DNA from: Sandaracinaceae bacterium
GTDB taxonomy: Bacteria > Myxococcota_A > Polyangia > Polyangiales > Sandaracinaceae
Length of the DNA stretch: 64,000 nucleotides
Assembly (NCBI GenBank): GCA_045106715.1
Contig: JBGCFC010000009.1
Location: 192,001-256,000, forward strand
Direction: 5' to 3'
In this document: positions 28,288-37,803 of the stretch, one piece after another
Layout of the letters: each line of letters opens with the position of its first letter
How positions within the stretch are numbered: position 1 is the stretch's first letter
Notes under the pieces: generated by a model
What the model was told of the DNA's origin: nothing
The model's database searches: none
Seen by the model: the letters and a program-made list of their open reading frames with translations, nothing else
Translations under genes and position numbers: made by a program

Positions 28288-28986
28288 CTACCAGGCGCCC
28301 AGCGCCATCACGTCTTGGCGTGAGTCGTCCTCGAGGAAGTCCTGGTCGGCGAACGTCAGGGCATCGGAGAGTCCCAGCGAGACATAAACCTCGCGCTCCG
28401 CGTCCGAGCGGATGCCGATCAGGCGCTCGCGGACGTCCGCCTTCTCGAGCAGCACGTTGACGGCCCGCACCAAGCCGCGGACCGTCACCATGGGGACGTC
28501 GCTGCGGCGCTGCTCCGCCTCCTTGATGCTGTACTGGTCGGTGTCGGTCTCTTCGTCGTAGTCATCCAGCACCGCGGCGAAGTGTTCTCCCGTCTGCACC
28601 ACGAGCGGTCCGTCGTCACCGCCGCCGATGCGCGTCAGCGCGGCCTGTCCGATCTCCGGCGCCAGTCGGGCGAGACGTTCGACCAGGCCGGCGGCGGTCG
28701 CTGGTTCGCCGACCTTCTGCACAAAGAACCGATCCGCCTCGATTCGACGCTTGGCGTCCTCGTTCGCGCCCGCGGCCGCGTAGTACATCTCGAGCAGGTC
28801 GACCCGTCGAGCCTCCGCTGACTCGGCGTCGCCGACCTCCGATGCGATGCGCACCATCTCCTGGTCGTCGAGCTCCGCGAGCCGCCCGGCTCCGGTCAAT
28901 GCCTCGAGGAACGCGAGGTCGCCGGGATCGAGCAGTTGTTCGGCGAGTCGGCGGCCCGTGCCGGGGGGGGATTCGTCGGCGCTCAC
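28288..28986 (-). CDS. hypothetical acidic protein
   Basis: Coding-like composition. GTG start chosen to avoid the R-rich N-terminal extension. Confidence 0.45.
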   Translation of the reverse strand: MSADESPPGTGRRLAEQLLDPGDLAFLEALTGAGRLAELDDQEMVRIASEVGDAESAEARRVDLLEMYYAAAGANEDAKRRIEADRFFVQKVGEPATAAGLVERLARLAPEIGQAALTRIGGGDDGPLVVQTGEHFAAVLDDYDEETDTDQYSIKEAEQRRSDVPMVTVRGLVRAVNVLLEKADVRERLIGIRSDAEREVYVSLGLSDALTFADQDFLEDDSRQDVMALGAW

Positions 28987-29032
28987 GTGATGTTTCCCAT
29001 CGTTGGCGGTCTCAATCAGCGCGAACGGACTC

Positions 29033-29758
29033 TCATCCGTGGGGCAGCCCCTGCGCCCCCCGCTGCACCCACGTGACGATGACCTCCGCGGCACGGTTGA
29101 CCGCGGCGCGCTGAAACTGTGCCCAGTCGTGGGCCCCGGTGGAGCCCACGATGTTGCTCACGCCCAGGACGGACGTGAACGGAATGTCGGCGGCCTTGCA
29201 GGCCATCGCAACCGAGAAGGCCTCCAGGTTCTCGGCCTCGCAGCCGGTGCCCGAGTGAACGGAGGCCGCGACGTTGTCGTCCACGGTCTGCGCGAGAGTG
29301 CACCCGAGCGGCGCCTGGAAGATGCGCCCACCCACGCTCGCGAGGCCCGCAGACAGGAGCGGGTTGCACTCTGCGGTCGTGACCATCGGGCCGGGCCACT
29401 GGCTGCGTCGGGCTTGCACGGCGTGGCTGAGGAGCGTCAGCCGGGTCGAGACCAAGATGTCGTGCGGGCGGTACTGAGGCAGCCCGGGGTAGACCCCGCA
29501 GGAGCCGATCAGGATCACCGCGCGCGGGTTCACCGCGAGGATCCCGCGGGCGGTCGCGGGTCCGGCCGCCGCCATTCCGAGGCCCACCGCCTTGCCGCGG
29601 ACGTGGAGGCCGCGGATCGTGCCGATCAGCTTTTCTGTGAGATACGGTCGCAGCCCAGCCATCTCGGGGGCGTGGGCGGCGACGATCAGCAGGTCGGTCC
29701 GGGGTTCGGGCTGCATGCGCGGTGCGGCAAGAGTACCCAACCGCTCGCCGAACCTCAT
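29033..29758 (-). CDS. PNP_UDP_1 nucleoside phosphorylase/hydrolase-family protein (possible futalosine hydrolase MqnB or MTA nucleosidase-like)
   Basis: LLIVAAHAPEMAGL near the N-terminus and GSCG..G, a typical Rossmann-like phosphorylase fold pattern. Start uncertain (29716 or 29758). Confidence 0.5.
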   Translation of the reverse strand: MRFGERLGTLAAPRMQPEPRTDLLIVAAHAPEMAGLRPYLTEKLIGTIRGLHVRGKAVGLGMAAAGPATARGILAVNPRAVILIGSCGVYPGLPQYRPHDILVSTRLTLLSHAVQARRSQWPGPMVTTAECNPLLSAGLASVGGRIFQAPLGCTLAQTVDDNVAASVHSGTGCEAENLEAFSVAMACKAADIPFTSVLGVSNIVGSTGAHDWAQFQRAAVNRAAEVIVTWVQRGAQGLPHG

Positions 29759-29841
29759 CTGTTCTCTTTCGGGAGGGCGCAGACATCCGCCGCCGATCCA
29801 AGCGAGAGCGTCGTTCCGCAACCTGCTAAGGTCAGCCGACC

Positions 29842-30891
29842 GTGACCGAGGGTGACCCCGAATCCGAGCCGAGCGCCGGCCGAGTGTTCCGCTGGGACCT
29901 CGACAAGACCTACCTGCGCACCGAGTTCGACACCGTTCGCGACTTGCTGAAGCTCGCTTTCGAGTCGGCCAAAGAGAAGCGCACGGTGCCCGGCGCGGCG
30001 TCGCTCCTGCGGGAGATCCGCCGGACCGATCCGCTCGGCATCTACATCGTGTCGGGCAGCCCTGAGCAGCTGCGCAAAGTGCTCGAAGCGAAGCTTCGCC
30101 TCGATGGCATCCGGTGGGACTCGTTCACGCTCAAACCGCAGCTCTCGAACATCGTGCGCGGCAAGTTCCGGTTCGTGAAAGACCAGGTCGCCTACAAGCT
30201 CGGCGCGCTGCTCGAGACGCGGATCGAGATGCCGGCCGCGGTCGACGAATATCTCTTCGGTGACGACGCAGAGGCGGACGCCTTCATCTACTCCATCTAC
30301 TCCGACATGTGCGCGGGAAGGGTCGACAACGAGGTCCTGATGGGCGTGCTCCGCGAAGCGGGCGTCTACGAGGACGATCTGCCGCGCCTGGTGCGCCTGG
30401 CCAGCCGGCTTCCGCGACACGATGGCGGCCGCCGGATCTTCATTCACCTCGACCGGATCAGCAGCCCCGACGGGTTCGAGGAGTTCGGCCGTCGGGTGTG
30501 CCCGTTCTACAACTATCTGCAGCCCGCGCTCGTCTTGCTCGACGATGGCGCGCTGACGCCGCTCGCGGTGATCCGGGTCGCGGCCGAGCTCGTCATTCAC
30601 CACGCCTTCACGGCAGACGCGCTGGTCGCGAGCTTTGTCGACCTCGTCAACCGGGGTCAGCTGCGCGCCGCGGTCGCCCAGGATCTCGTTCATGCGGTCG
30701 ACACCCTGCAAGAGAACCACTTCGCGACGACCTATCCGGTGATCCGCGCCTTTGGCGATCAGCTGCACGAAGCGGCCGAGGGGCTCGTCGACGCGGAGTC
30801 CGAGCCCGAGCGGGAGATCGACTACGTGGCGCTGTTCGCTCGCGACAAAGCGCGCGCACACTCGGCCAAGCAACGGTTGCGCAAGCGTTGA
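29842..30891 (+). CDS. HAD-superfamily phosphatase-like protein (App1/DUF2183-like)
   Basis: DxDxT motif FRWDLDKTY and a later GDDAEADAF motif. Confidence 0.5.
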   Translation: MTEGDPESEPSAGRVFRWDLDKTYLRTEFDTVRDLLKLAFESAKEKRTVPGAASLLREIRRTDPLGIYIVSGSPEQLRKVLEAKLRLDGIRWDSFTLKPQLSNIVRGKFRFVKDQVAYKLGALLETRIEMPAAVDEYLFGDDAEADAFIYSIYSDMCAGRVDNEVLMGVLREAGVYEDDLPRLVRLASRLPRHDGGRRIFIHLDRISSPDGFEEFGRRVCPFYNYLQPALVLLDDGALTPLAVIRVAAELVIHHAFTADALVASFVDLVNRGQLRAAVAQDLVHAVDTLQENHFATTYPVIRAFGDQLHEAAEGLVDAESEPEREIDYVALFARDKARAHSAKQRLRKR

Positions 30892-31152
30892 GCCGATCCC
30901 CGCGTGACCACTTCGCCCAGCGCGCGTACCTGAATCGATGGCCGGCGCGGTGCACCTTTTCACATGAACGGGATCGGATCCGCCGGATGGCTTGGCGGTC
31001 CATGGGGCTGACGCTAGGGTAGGGCGAGGGGAACGAACGACTCGATGCACGTCGCTGATGCGAGCCACTCCACGCACGGAGCGTGGGCTGGGCAGGCCGC
31101 CGGAACACGGAACGGGCGCACACGTCCGCTTTGCCGGTCGTGGATCGTCCTG

Positions 31153-32403
31153 ATGGCGGTGGGCTGGCTGACGATCGGCTCGCTGATGGTGGGCTGCGGC
31201 GCCAAGACGGGCCTCGATGTTCCCGACACCGGCCTCGACGCGGGACCGGACGCGGGGTTCGATGCCGGCCTCGACGCAGACATCCCCTGTTTCGAGGTGC
31301 CGCTCGACGGCGACGTCATCCAGGTCCCGCTTGAACTGGAGGCCGAGCTCGCCCGGGCTGACGTCCTCTTTTTGGTCGACACGACGCTGTCGATGGACGA
31401 GGAGATCGGCCAGATTCAGTCGACCCTGCGCGATGAGATCGTGCCCGGCATCGACTCGGCGATCCCCGACTCCACCCTCGGCGTGGCTTCGTTCGGCGAC
31501 TTCCCGGAGGGCAACTGCGGCGACCGTGGGGATTCGCCGTTCCAGCTCGTGCTCCCGCAGACGAACGAGGTCAACCGCGTGCAGGCGGCGGTGGACTCGC
31601 TCGAGCTGGGCAACGGCCTCGACCGTCCGGAGTCCCAGACCGAGGCGCTCTACCAAGTGGCGACCGGCGAGGGCATCGGCTCGTATGTGCCGCCGTCCTT
31701 CGGCTGTCCGGGGGGCGGTGCGGGCTACCCCTGCTTCCGGGACGACGCGCTGCCGATCGTGCTGATGTTCACCGACGCCCCGTGGCACAACGGCCCGGGC
31801 GGTACCAACTCGTACGCGACGACGAGCTGTGGGATCAGTCCCCCGCCACACACCTACGCGCAGGCGTTGGCGGAGCTGGACGCGCAGTCCATCCGCGTGA
31901 TCGGGCTCTACTCAGGCACGGGCATGGGGCTGGGCGATCTGAACGCGATCGCCACCGACACCAACGCGCTGACCGAGACGGGCGCGCCGCTGGTGTTCAA
32001 CATCGGGCAGGGCGGCGGCGGGCTCAGCTCCTCGGTCGTCCAAGCCATCGAGACGCTCGCGGACGTGATCGAGTTCGACGTCGACACGGTGCTCGAAGAC
32101 CCCGATCCAGGCGATGGTATCGACCCACGTGACTTCGTGGCGGCGGTGGTCCCGGTCCGTGCCGACCCGATGGACCGCATCGAACGCATCGATGTGGACT
32201 CGGGCACCTTCATCGGCGTCCGCGCTGGCACCGTCGTGTTCTTCGAGCTGCAGATCCGGGCCGGCTCCGTCGTGCCCGGACGCGAACCGCGGCGAGTCCG
32301 GCTGGAGATCATCTTTCGGGGTGACCGCCGCACGCGTCTGGGCAGCCGGGTGATCGAGCTGGTGATCCCCTCCGAAGACGGTCGAGGCTGCGAGGGGCTC
32401 TGA
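31153..32403 (+). CDS. vWA-domain lipoprotein (paralog 1 of 3)
   Basis: Lipobox LMVGCGAK, DAGPDAGFDAGLDAD linker, CFEVP, MIDAS-like VLFLVDTTLSMDEE, C-terminal GCEGL. Confidence 0.7.
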   Translation: MAVGWLTIGSLMVGCGAKTGLDVPDTGLDAGPDAGFDAGLDADIPCFEVPLDGDVIQVPLELEAELARADVLFLVDTTLSMDEEIGQIQSTLRDEIVPGIDSAIPDSTLGVASFGDFPEGNCGDRGDSPFQLVLPQTNEVNRVQAAVDSLELGNGLDRPESQTEALYQVATGEGIGSYVPPSFGCPGGGAGYPCFRDDALPIVLMFTDAPWHNGPGGTNSYATTSCGISPPPHTYAQALAELDAQSIRVIGLYSGTGMGLGDLNAIATDTNALTETGAPLVFNIGQGGGGLSSSVVQAIETLADVIEFDVDTVLEDPDPGDGIDPRDFVAAVVPVRADPMDRIERIDVDSGTFIGVRAGTVVFFELQIRAGSVVPGREPRRVRLEIIFRGDRRTRLGSRVIELVIPSEDGRGCEGL

Positions 32404-33701
32404 TGCCACTGCCGGCGGGCTTCTTTCGGCGCGCGCTCGTGTGCCTTGGGCTCTCGTGCCTTGGGCTCTCGGTGTTGGCCGGGTGCGGCTCGCGCACGGG
32501 CCTCGAGACGCCGGACGCAGGCCCGGACGCGGGCACGGATGCGGGCCCAGACGCGGGGCCGCCGCCTCCGCCGTGCATCGAGGTGCCTCCTGAAGAGGGG
32601 CTGGTCACGGCCCAGCTGGACGTGCCGGCGTCGCTCGCGGTGGTCGACATCATGTTCCTCGTCGACGCCACCGGGTCGATGCGGGACGAGATTGACGCCG
32701 TGCGGGCCGGCCTGCGCGACCTGGTCGTGCCGGGCGTCCGACGCGCCATCCCGGACGCCGCGTTTGGGCTCGCCTTCTTCGGCGAGTTCCCTGTGGCGCC
32801 CCACGGCCGTGACGGCAACCTGCCGTACGAGTTGCGATCCCCGATCACCACCGAGGTGACGCGTGTGGAGGCTGCGTTCGACGAGACGCCCAACTGGGGC
32901 AACCTGGACGACCCGGAGGCGGCGATCGAAGGGCTCTACCAAGTGGCGACGGGGGACGGCTACGGGAGCGCGGGCACGCCTGGGTTCGTGCCTCAGACGC
33001 TCGGCTGCCCCGGTGGCGGGACGGGGGGCGCGTGTTTCCGCGACGACGCGCTGCCGATCGTGATGCTGATCACCGACAGCCCGATGCACAACGGTCCGCC
33101 CGACGTGGCGCCGGATGCCCCCTATGCATTCACGCCGGCACCGGCCACGTACGAGGAGGCCATCGCGGCGGCCAACGCGCTCGATCTGCTGGTGGTCACG
33201 CTTGGGGCGAGCGACCCGATCCGCCGGCCGCCGCACGACCACCTCCGCGCGCTCTCGCGGGACACCAACTCGGTCGACGCGGATGGACAACCGCTCTGGT
33301 TCGACATCGGCGGTGGCGGCGACCGCATCGGCCGCGAGATCGTCTCCGCCGTACAGTTCGTGGCCTCGGCGGTGCCGCTCACCGTCGACGCCGTGCTCGA
33401 GGACATCCCGGGCGACGGCGTGGACGCGGACCTCGTCATCCGAGGGGTTCGCGCCGCATCTGCAGACCCGCCCGGCAACGTCGAGGCGATCGAGGGCGAC
33501 ACCTTCCGCGGCGTCGTTCCGGGAACGCGCCTGACGTTCGACGTGCTGGTCGACGCGAGCGAGCTGCCGCCCTCGACGGAGCGCCGGGTCTTTCCGGCGC
33601 GCATCGTCTTTCGTGCGGCGGGCCGCAGCCGGCTCGACGTTCGCGAGATCCAGATCGTGGTCCCCGGCGCGGACGGACTCGGATGCGAGGAGGAGCTGTG
33701 A
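32403..33701 (+). CDS. vWA-domain lipoprotein (paralog 2 of 3)
   Basis: The ATG overlaps the upstream stop (TGATG). Lipobox LSVLAGCGS, DAGPDAGTDAGPDAGPPPPPCIEVP, IMFLVDATGSMRDE, C-terminal GCEEEL. Confidence 0.7.
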   Translation: MPLPAGFFRRALVCLGLSCLGLSVLAGCGSRTGLETPDAGPDAGTDAGPDAGPPPPPCIEVPPEEGLVTAQLDVPASLAVVDIMFLVDATGSMRDEIDAVRAGLRDLVVPGVRRAIPDAAFGLAFFGEFPVAPHGRDGNLPYELRSPITTEVTRVEAAFDETPNWGNLDDPEAAIEGLYQVATGDGYGSAGTPGFVPQTLGCPGGGTGGACFRDDALPIVMLITDSPMHNGPPDVAPDAPYAFTPAPATYEEAIAAANALDLLVVTLGASDPIRRPPHDHLRALSRDTNSVDADGQPLWFDIGGGGDRIGREIVSAVQFVASAVPLTVDAVLEDIPGDGVDADLVIRGVRAASADPPGNVEAIEGDTFRGVVPGTRLTFDVLVDASELPPSTERRVFPARIVFRAAGRSRLDVREIQIVVPGADGLGCEEEL

Positions 33702-34984
33702 GCGTGCGACCCGGCCTGTGCGGCGTAATCGTGGCCTTGTTGCTCGTGGGCTGCGGCGCGAAGAGCTCCTTGTCGGTGCCCCGGCGCGCGATGGACGGGG
33801 GTCGCGACGCTGGGCCTCAGGACAGCGGCCCACCCCCCGTGGATTCCGGTCCGGACGGCGGTCCGCCCGCGGACGACTGCATCGAGGTCCCCTTCGAGCG
33901 TCCGCCGAGCGACCTCGAGGTCTCGTTCGTCACGCAGATCTCCAACGCTGACGTCTTCTTCCTCGTCGACGTCACCGGCAGCATGGGCCAGGAGATCCTC
34001 GCCATCCGCACGCAGCTCCGCGACGTCATCGTCCCCGGTCTGGCTGCCGAGCTCCCGGAAGCCCGCTTCAGCGTGGGGCACTTCGCCGATTTCCCACTGC
34101 CGCGGTTCAACTACGGAGACGCGACCGACGAGCTGTTCGTGATGCTGCAGCGCTCGACCACCGACACCAGCGCCATTCAGACTGCGGTCGACAGCCTCCC
34201 CCTCCAGGGCGGTCGAGATGGCCCCGAAGCCCTGACCGAGGCGCTCTACCTGACCGCCTCGGGGGAGGGGTTCTCGCGCTACGCGGCCCTCCGGAGCTGC
34301 CCGGACGGCACCGTGGGGCAGCCCTGCTTCCCGGCGCTCGGTTCTCGCATCGTGATCGCCTTCACGGACGCTTCGACCCACAACGGCCCGGGCGGCAGCG
34401 AGTCGTATCAGGAGGGCACCGTCGAGCCGATCCCCCACACGTACGACCAGACCATCCGCGCGCTCAACGGCATCGGCGCCAAGGTGCTCGGGCTCTACTC
34501 GGGTCCCGTCGACTCGTCTGACCGTGACGACATCGAGGCCTTCGCGAGGGACACCGGCGCGGTGCGGCCCGACGGCACGCCGATCGTGTTGGACATCGGA
34601 CAGGACGGCGAGCTCCTCGGCCCCTCGGTGGTCGAGGCCGTGCGCACCCTGGTCGACGAGGTGCCGATCGACGTGGACGCCTTGGTGGAGGACGTGAACG
34701 GGGACAGCGTCGACGCCACACAGTTCGTGAGCGCCATCGTCGCCGAGCGCGCCGCACCCCCCCGCGGCGCCACGCTCGCCGACAACCGCTTCGTCAACGT
34801 CGCCCCGGGCACCCGCCTCACCTTCCGCATCGAGCTCGTCAACGACATTCTCCCGCCGACCGATCGCCCGCAGGTGTTCCGGCTACGGGTGATCTTGCTC
34901 GCCGACGGTTCGAGCCGGCTTCTCGAGCGCACCGTGGCGGTGGTCATCCCCGCGCTCGGCGGGCGCGGCTGCGGCGCCATCTGA
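33698..34984 (+). CDS. vWA-domain lipoprotein (paralog 3 of 3)
   Basis: The GTG start overlaps the upstream stop. Lipobox LLLVGCGAK, DSGPPPVDSGPDGGPPADDCIEVP, VFFLVDVTGSMGQE, C-terminal GCGAI. Confidence 0.7.
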   Translation: MSVRPGLCGVIVALLLVGCGAKSSLSVPRRAMDGGRDAGPQDSGPPPVDSGPDGGPPADDCIEVPFERPPSDLEVSFVTQISNADVFFLVDVTGSMGQEILAIRTQLRDVIVPGLAAELPEARFSVGHFADFPLPRFNYGDATDELFVMLQRSTTDTSAIQTAVDSLPLQGGRDGPEALTEALYLTASGEGFSRYAALRSCPDGTVGQPCFPALGSRIVIAFTDASTHNGPGGSESYQEGTVEPIPHTYDQTIRALNGIGAKVLGLYSGPVDSSDRDDIEAFARDTGAVRPDGTPIVLDIGQDGELLGPSVVEAVRTLVDEVPIDVDALVEDVNGDSVDATQFVSAIVAERAAPPRGATLADNRFVNVAPGTRLTFRIELVNDILPPTDRPQVFRLRVILLADGSSRLLERTVAVVIPALGGRGCGAI

Positions 34985-34989
34985 ATCGC

Positions 34990-35643
34990 ATGGCCCGCGA
35001 CCCGGAGAAGACCCGCGCCCGCATCTTGGAGGTGGCCCTCGGCCAGTTTCGGGAGCGTGGCTACAGCAAGACGACGATGCGCGGCATCGCCAAGGAAGCG
35101 GGGCTGTCGCTGGGGGCGGCCTACCACTACTTCGAGGGCAAGCAGGACATCGTCTACGCGTACTACGCGCAGCAGCAGGACGCGCACGACGCGGCCGTGA
35201 GCGAGGCGCTGACCGACGACCTCTCGCTCCGCGAGCGGCTCGGCGTCGTCATGCATCAGGCCCTCGCGACCCGCACGGGGGACCGCCGGCTCATGCGCGA
35301 GCTGGCGCCCCTCGTCATCGGCGTGGAGGACAAGACCAACGCGTTCAGCGCGCGGACCGAGCGTGTCCGGGAAGCGTCGCTGTCCCTGTTTCGCACGGCG
35401 CTCGACGACCCTTCGGTGCCCGACGATCTGCGCGAGCCCGCGGCGCTGTCGTTCTGGGCGCTGCAGATGGGCACGATGCTGTACTTCGCGCACGACGACT
35501 CGCCCGATCAAGCGAAGACCCGCGCGCTGGTCGATGGGGCGCTCGACCTCAGCGTGATGGTCCTGACAATGCTCGGGGCGCCGCCGTTCTTCGCCATACG
35601 AGGGCAGCTGAACAAGGTCCTGACCGACGCCGGGCTGCTGTGA
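34990..35643 (+). CDS. TetR/AcrR-family transcriptional regulator
   Basis: N-terminal HTH RARILEVALGQFRERGYSKTTMRGIAKEAGLSLGAAYHYF. Confidence 0.85.
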   Translation: MARDPEKTRARILEVALGQFRERGYSKTTMRGIAKEAGLSLGAAYHYFEGKQDIVYAYYAQQQDAHDAAVSEALTDDLSLRERLGVVMHQALATRTGDRRLMRELAPLVIGVEDKTNAFSARTERVREASLSLFRTALDDPSVPDDLREPAALSFWALQMGTMLYFAHDDSPDQAKTRALVDGALDLSVMVLTMLGAPPFFAIRGQLNKVLTDAGLL

Positions 35644-35656
35644 AGGCGCCATGCTG

Positions 35657-35682
35657 CTCGGGCCGCCGCCGCGGGTTTTTTG
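35657..35682 (+). terminator. possible intrinsic terminator after the TetR gene
   Basis: A GC-rich segment containing CCGCGG is immediately followed by a T6 run 14 nt after the stop. Stem pairing is imperfect. Confidence 0.3.
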
Positions 35683-35717
35683 ACCGCTGAAACGTCTCTC
35701 CGTGATGTTCGCCCTCG

Positions 35718-36692
35718 ATGGCGGCATCGGCAGAACGACGGGAGCTACGAGACGCGGTCCTGGACCGGCGCTACCGGTTGGGGTGCGCGCTCGGCATTGG
35801 CGGCACCAGCGTGGTCTTCGAGGCAGAGCGCCTCTCGGACGGAACGCCGGTGGTCGTGAAAGTGCTGCGCGACGCGTATGTGCACAACGCCGAACTCGCG
35901 CGCCGACTGCGCCGCGAGGGGGAGGTGGCGCGACGCGTCGTGCACCCCGGCATCGTGCCCGCCCTCGATGAGGGGCAGCTCGAGGATGGCTCGCCGTACC
36001 TGGTGCTCGAGCGGCTCGAAGGGGAGTGCATCGCGCGCTTCTTGCGCCGCAACGGCCCCATGAAGGCGCAGCATGTGGGCGTCGTCGCCTTCCGCGCCGC
36101 GGCGATCCTCCACGCCGTTCACGTCGCGGGGTATGTGCACCGCGACATCAAGCCCGAGCACATCGTGCTCGCCAAGACCCCCGACGGCCGCCTCGATGTC
36201 CGCCTCTTGGACTTCGGCGTGTGCGCCTCGGCCACGTCCTCCGAAGAAGAACGCGAAGCCGAGCGAGGCCGCGTGTACGGAACGCCCGCCTACGTCTCGC
36301 CCGAGCAGGCGGCTGGCGTGCCCGACGTCGATGGCCGCGCGGACGTGTTCTCGCTCGGCATCGCGATGTTCGAGATGCTCACGGGTCGCGCTCCGTTTGT
36401 CGGCTCGAACGTCGCCAACCTGCTCCGCCGCATCATCCGCGAAGACGCCCCGCGCGTCGGACTCATGCTGCCCGACCTCGACCTTCGCTACGACGCGCTC
36501 GTCGCGCGGGCCATGGCGCGCCGCATCGACGACCGCTTCCCCAGCGCGCGTTCCTTGGCTCGCGCTTCCTTGCCGCTCCTGGGAGACCGCCGCGAGGTCG
36601 AGCGCGAGCTCGCCGACCGCGTCAAGCATCGCCCGCCGAAGGCGGAGCTCATCGAGACGCGCCCCGATCCGAGCCAGCGGGCCGTCGCGTGA
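35718..36692 (+). CDS. Ser/Thr protein kinase (Hanks-type)
   Basis: LGIGGTSVVF, VVVKVL, HRDIKPEH, DFG, GTPAYVSPE. Confidence 0.85.
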   Translation: MAASAERRELRDAVLDRRYRLGCALGIGGTSVVFEAERLSDGTPVVVKVLRDAYVHNAELARRLRREGEVARRVVHPGIVPALDEGQLEDGSPYLVLERLEGECIARFLRRNGPMKAQHVGVVAFRAAAILHAVHVAGYVHRDIKPEHIVLAKTPDGRLDVRLLDFGVCASATSSEEEREAERGRVYGTPAYVSPEQAAGVPDVDGRADVFSLGIAMFEMLTGRAPFVGSNVANLLRRIIREDAPRVGLMLPDLDLRYDALVARAMARRIDDRFPSARSLARASLPLLGDRREVERELADRVKHRPPKAELIETRPDPSQRAVA

Positions 36693-37162
36693 AGATCCTC
36701 ATCGTGCGGCACGGAGAAGCCGTGGGTGCGCACGTCGCGGGCGGTGACGAGAACCGCTACCTCACGCCGAACGGGCGCGCGACGTCCGACCGCGTGGCCG
36801 CGGCGCTCGACCAGCTGGGCCACACGCCCACCCACATCTACACGAGCCCGCTCGTGCGCGCGGTCCAGACCGCGGAGCGCTTCGCGCACGCCGCGTCGCA
36901 CCCGGGACCGGTCGTCACGCATCGCCCACTCGTGCCCGGCGGCCCCACCGCGCAGGCGCTCGCGGTGCTCGAGGCCCACGGTGACACGGACACGATCGCA
37001 CTGGTCAGCCACGAGCCCACGGTCAGCACGCTCAGCGCGTTCCTGACCCAGTCGAGGCCCCTCGGCTTTCCCACTAGCGGGGTGGCCGTGCTGGACGGCA
37101 ATGCCCACGGCGCCCGCTTGATCGGGCGGTTCGATCCAATCTCGCTGTCCTTCTCCACATAG
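36689..37162 (+). CDS. histidine-phosphatase superfamily protein (SixA-like phosphohistidine phosphatase)
   Basis: The GTG start overlaps the kinase stop. RHG motif in ILIVRHGEA and a later SHEP motif (LVSHEPT). Confidence 0.7.
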   Translation: MKILIVRHGEAVGAHVAGGDENRYLTPNGRATSDRVAAALDQLGHTPTHIYTSPLVRAVQTAERFAHAASHPGPVVTHRPLVPGGPTAQALAVLEAHGDTDTIALVSHEPTVSTLSAFLTQSRPLGFPTSGVAVLDGNAHGARLIGRFDPISLSFST

Positions 37163-37174
37163 GTGTACGAATTT

Positions 37175-37196
37175 TGCGCACTTTCTGTTGTGCGCA
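37175..37196. promoter_or_regulatory. perfect inverted repeat TGCGCAC-N8-GTGCGCA, 70 nt upstream of the CAP-domain gene
   Basis: Read directly: 7-bp arms with an 8-nt spacer in the 104-nt intergenic region. Candidate operator or hairpin. Confidence 0.3.
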
Positions 37197-37265
37197 CGAA
37201 TCGGATCCTCGATGCTGAAGGCGTCGTGGCCCCTTCCCCCACCGCGACGTCGAGGAGGATCCGTC

Positions 37266-37751
37266 ATGAACCGCACTCCCATTCTGCTTCTCACCGGCGC
37301 ACTGATGTCCGTTGGAACCGGTTGCGCGAGTGACACGGCGGGCGCGTCCTGCACTCCCGCCGAGAGCGAAGTCTGCCAGGTGTTCGCCATCGTCAACGAC
37401 GAGCGAAGCGCCCAGGGCCGCGAGCCTCTGGGCTGGGACGACAACCTTGGGCTCGCCGCGCAGCGCCACGCTGAGGACATGGTCGACCAGGGCTACTTCA
37501 GTCACGACTCCCTCGATGGGCGGAGCTTCGTCGACCGGATCAACGAGACCGACTACGACGCGTCGCCGCGCGGAGAGAACATCGCCGCCGGGCAGCAGAC
37601 GCCCGCCGCCGTGATGAACTCCTGGATGAACTCGGAAGGGCACCGCCGGAACATCCTCGCGGAGGGCTCGAACGAGATCGGCATCGGCCTGGAGGGCCGT
37701 CACTGGGTGCAGGTCTTTGGCCACCGTCGCCCAGCGCCGATGACCGAGTAG
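37266..37751 (+). CDS. CAP/SCP/PR-1-domain secreted lipoprotein
   Basis: Strong RBS GAGGAGGA. Lipobox MSVGTGCAS. CAP motifs (HAEDMVDQGYFSH, GENIAAG, SWMNSEGHRRNIL). Confidence 0.7.
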   Translation: MNRTPILLLTGALMSVGTGCASDTAGASCTPAESEVCQVFAIVNDERSAQGREPLGWDDNLGLAAQRHAEDMVDQGYFSHDSLDGRSFVDRINETDYDASPRGENIAAGQQTPAAVMNSWMNSEGHRRNILAEGSNEIGIGLEGRHWVQVFGHRRPAPMTE

Positions 37752-37803
37752 AGTCGAGCGTGCCGGCTCGTGACGCTCACGCGGGCGTGGTAGACGCCAG
37801 CCC

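Noticed and set aside
29755-35727. Minus ORFs 29755-31851, 31908-33833, 33122-34438 and 34495-35727
   Set aside because: They are antisense to the HAD-like, vWA triplet and TetR genes, with Arg-rich low-complexity translations.
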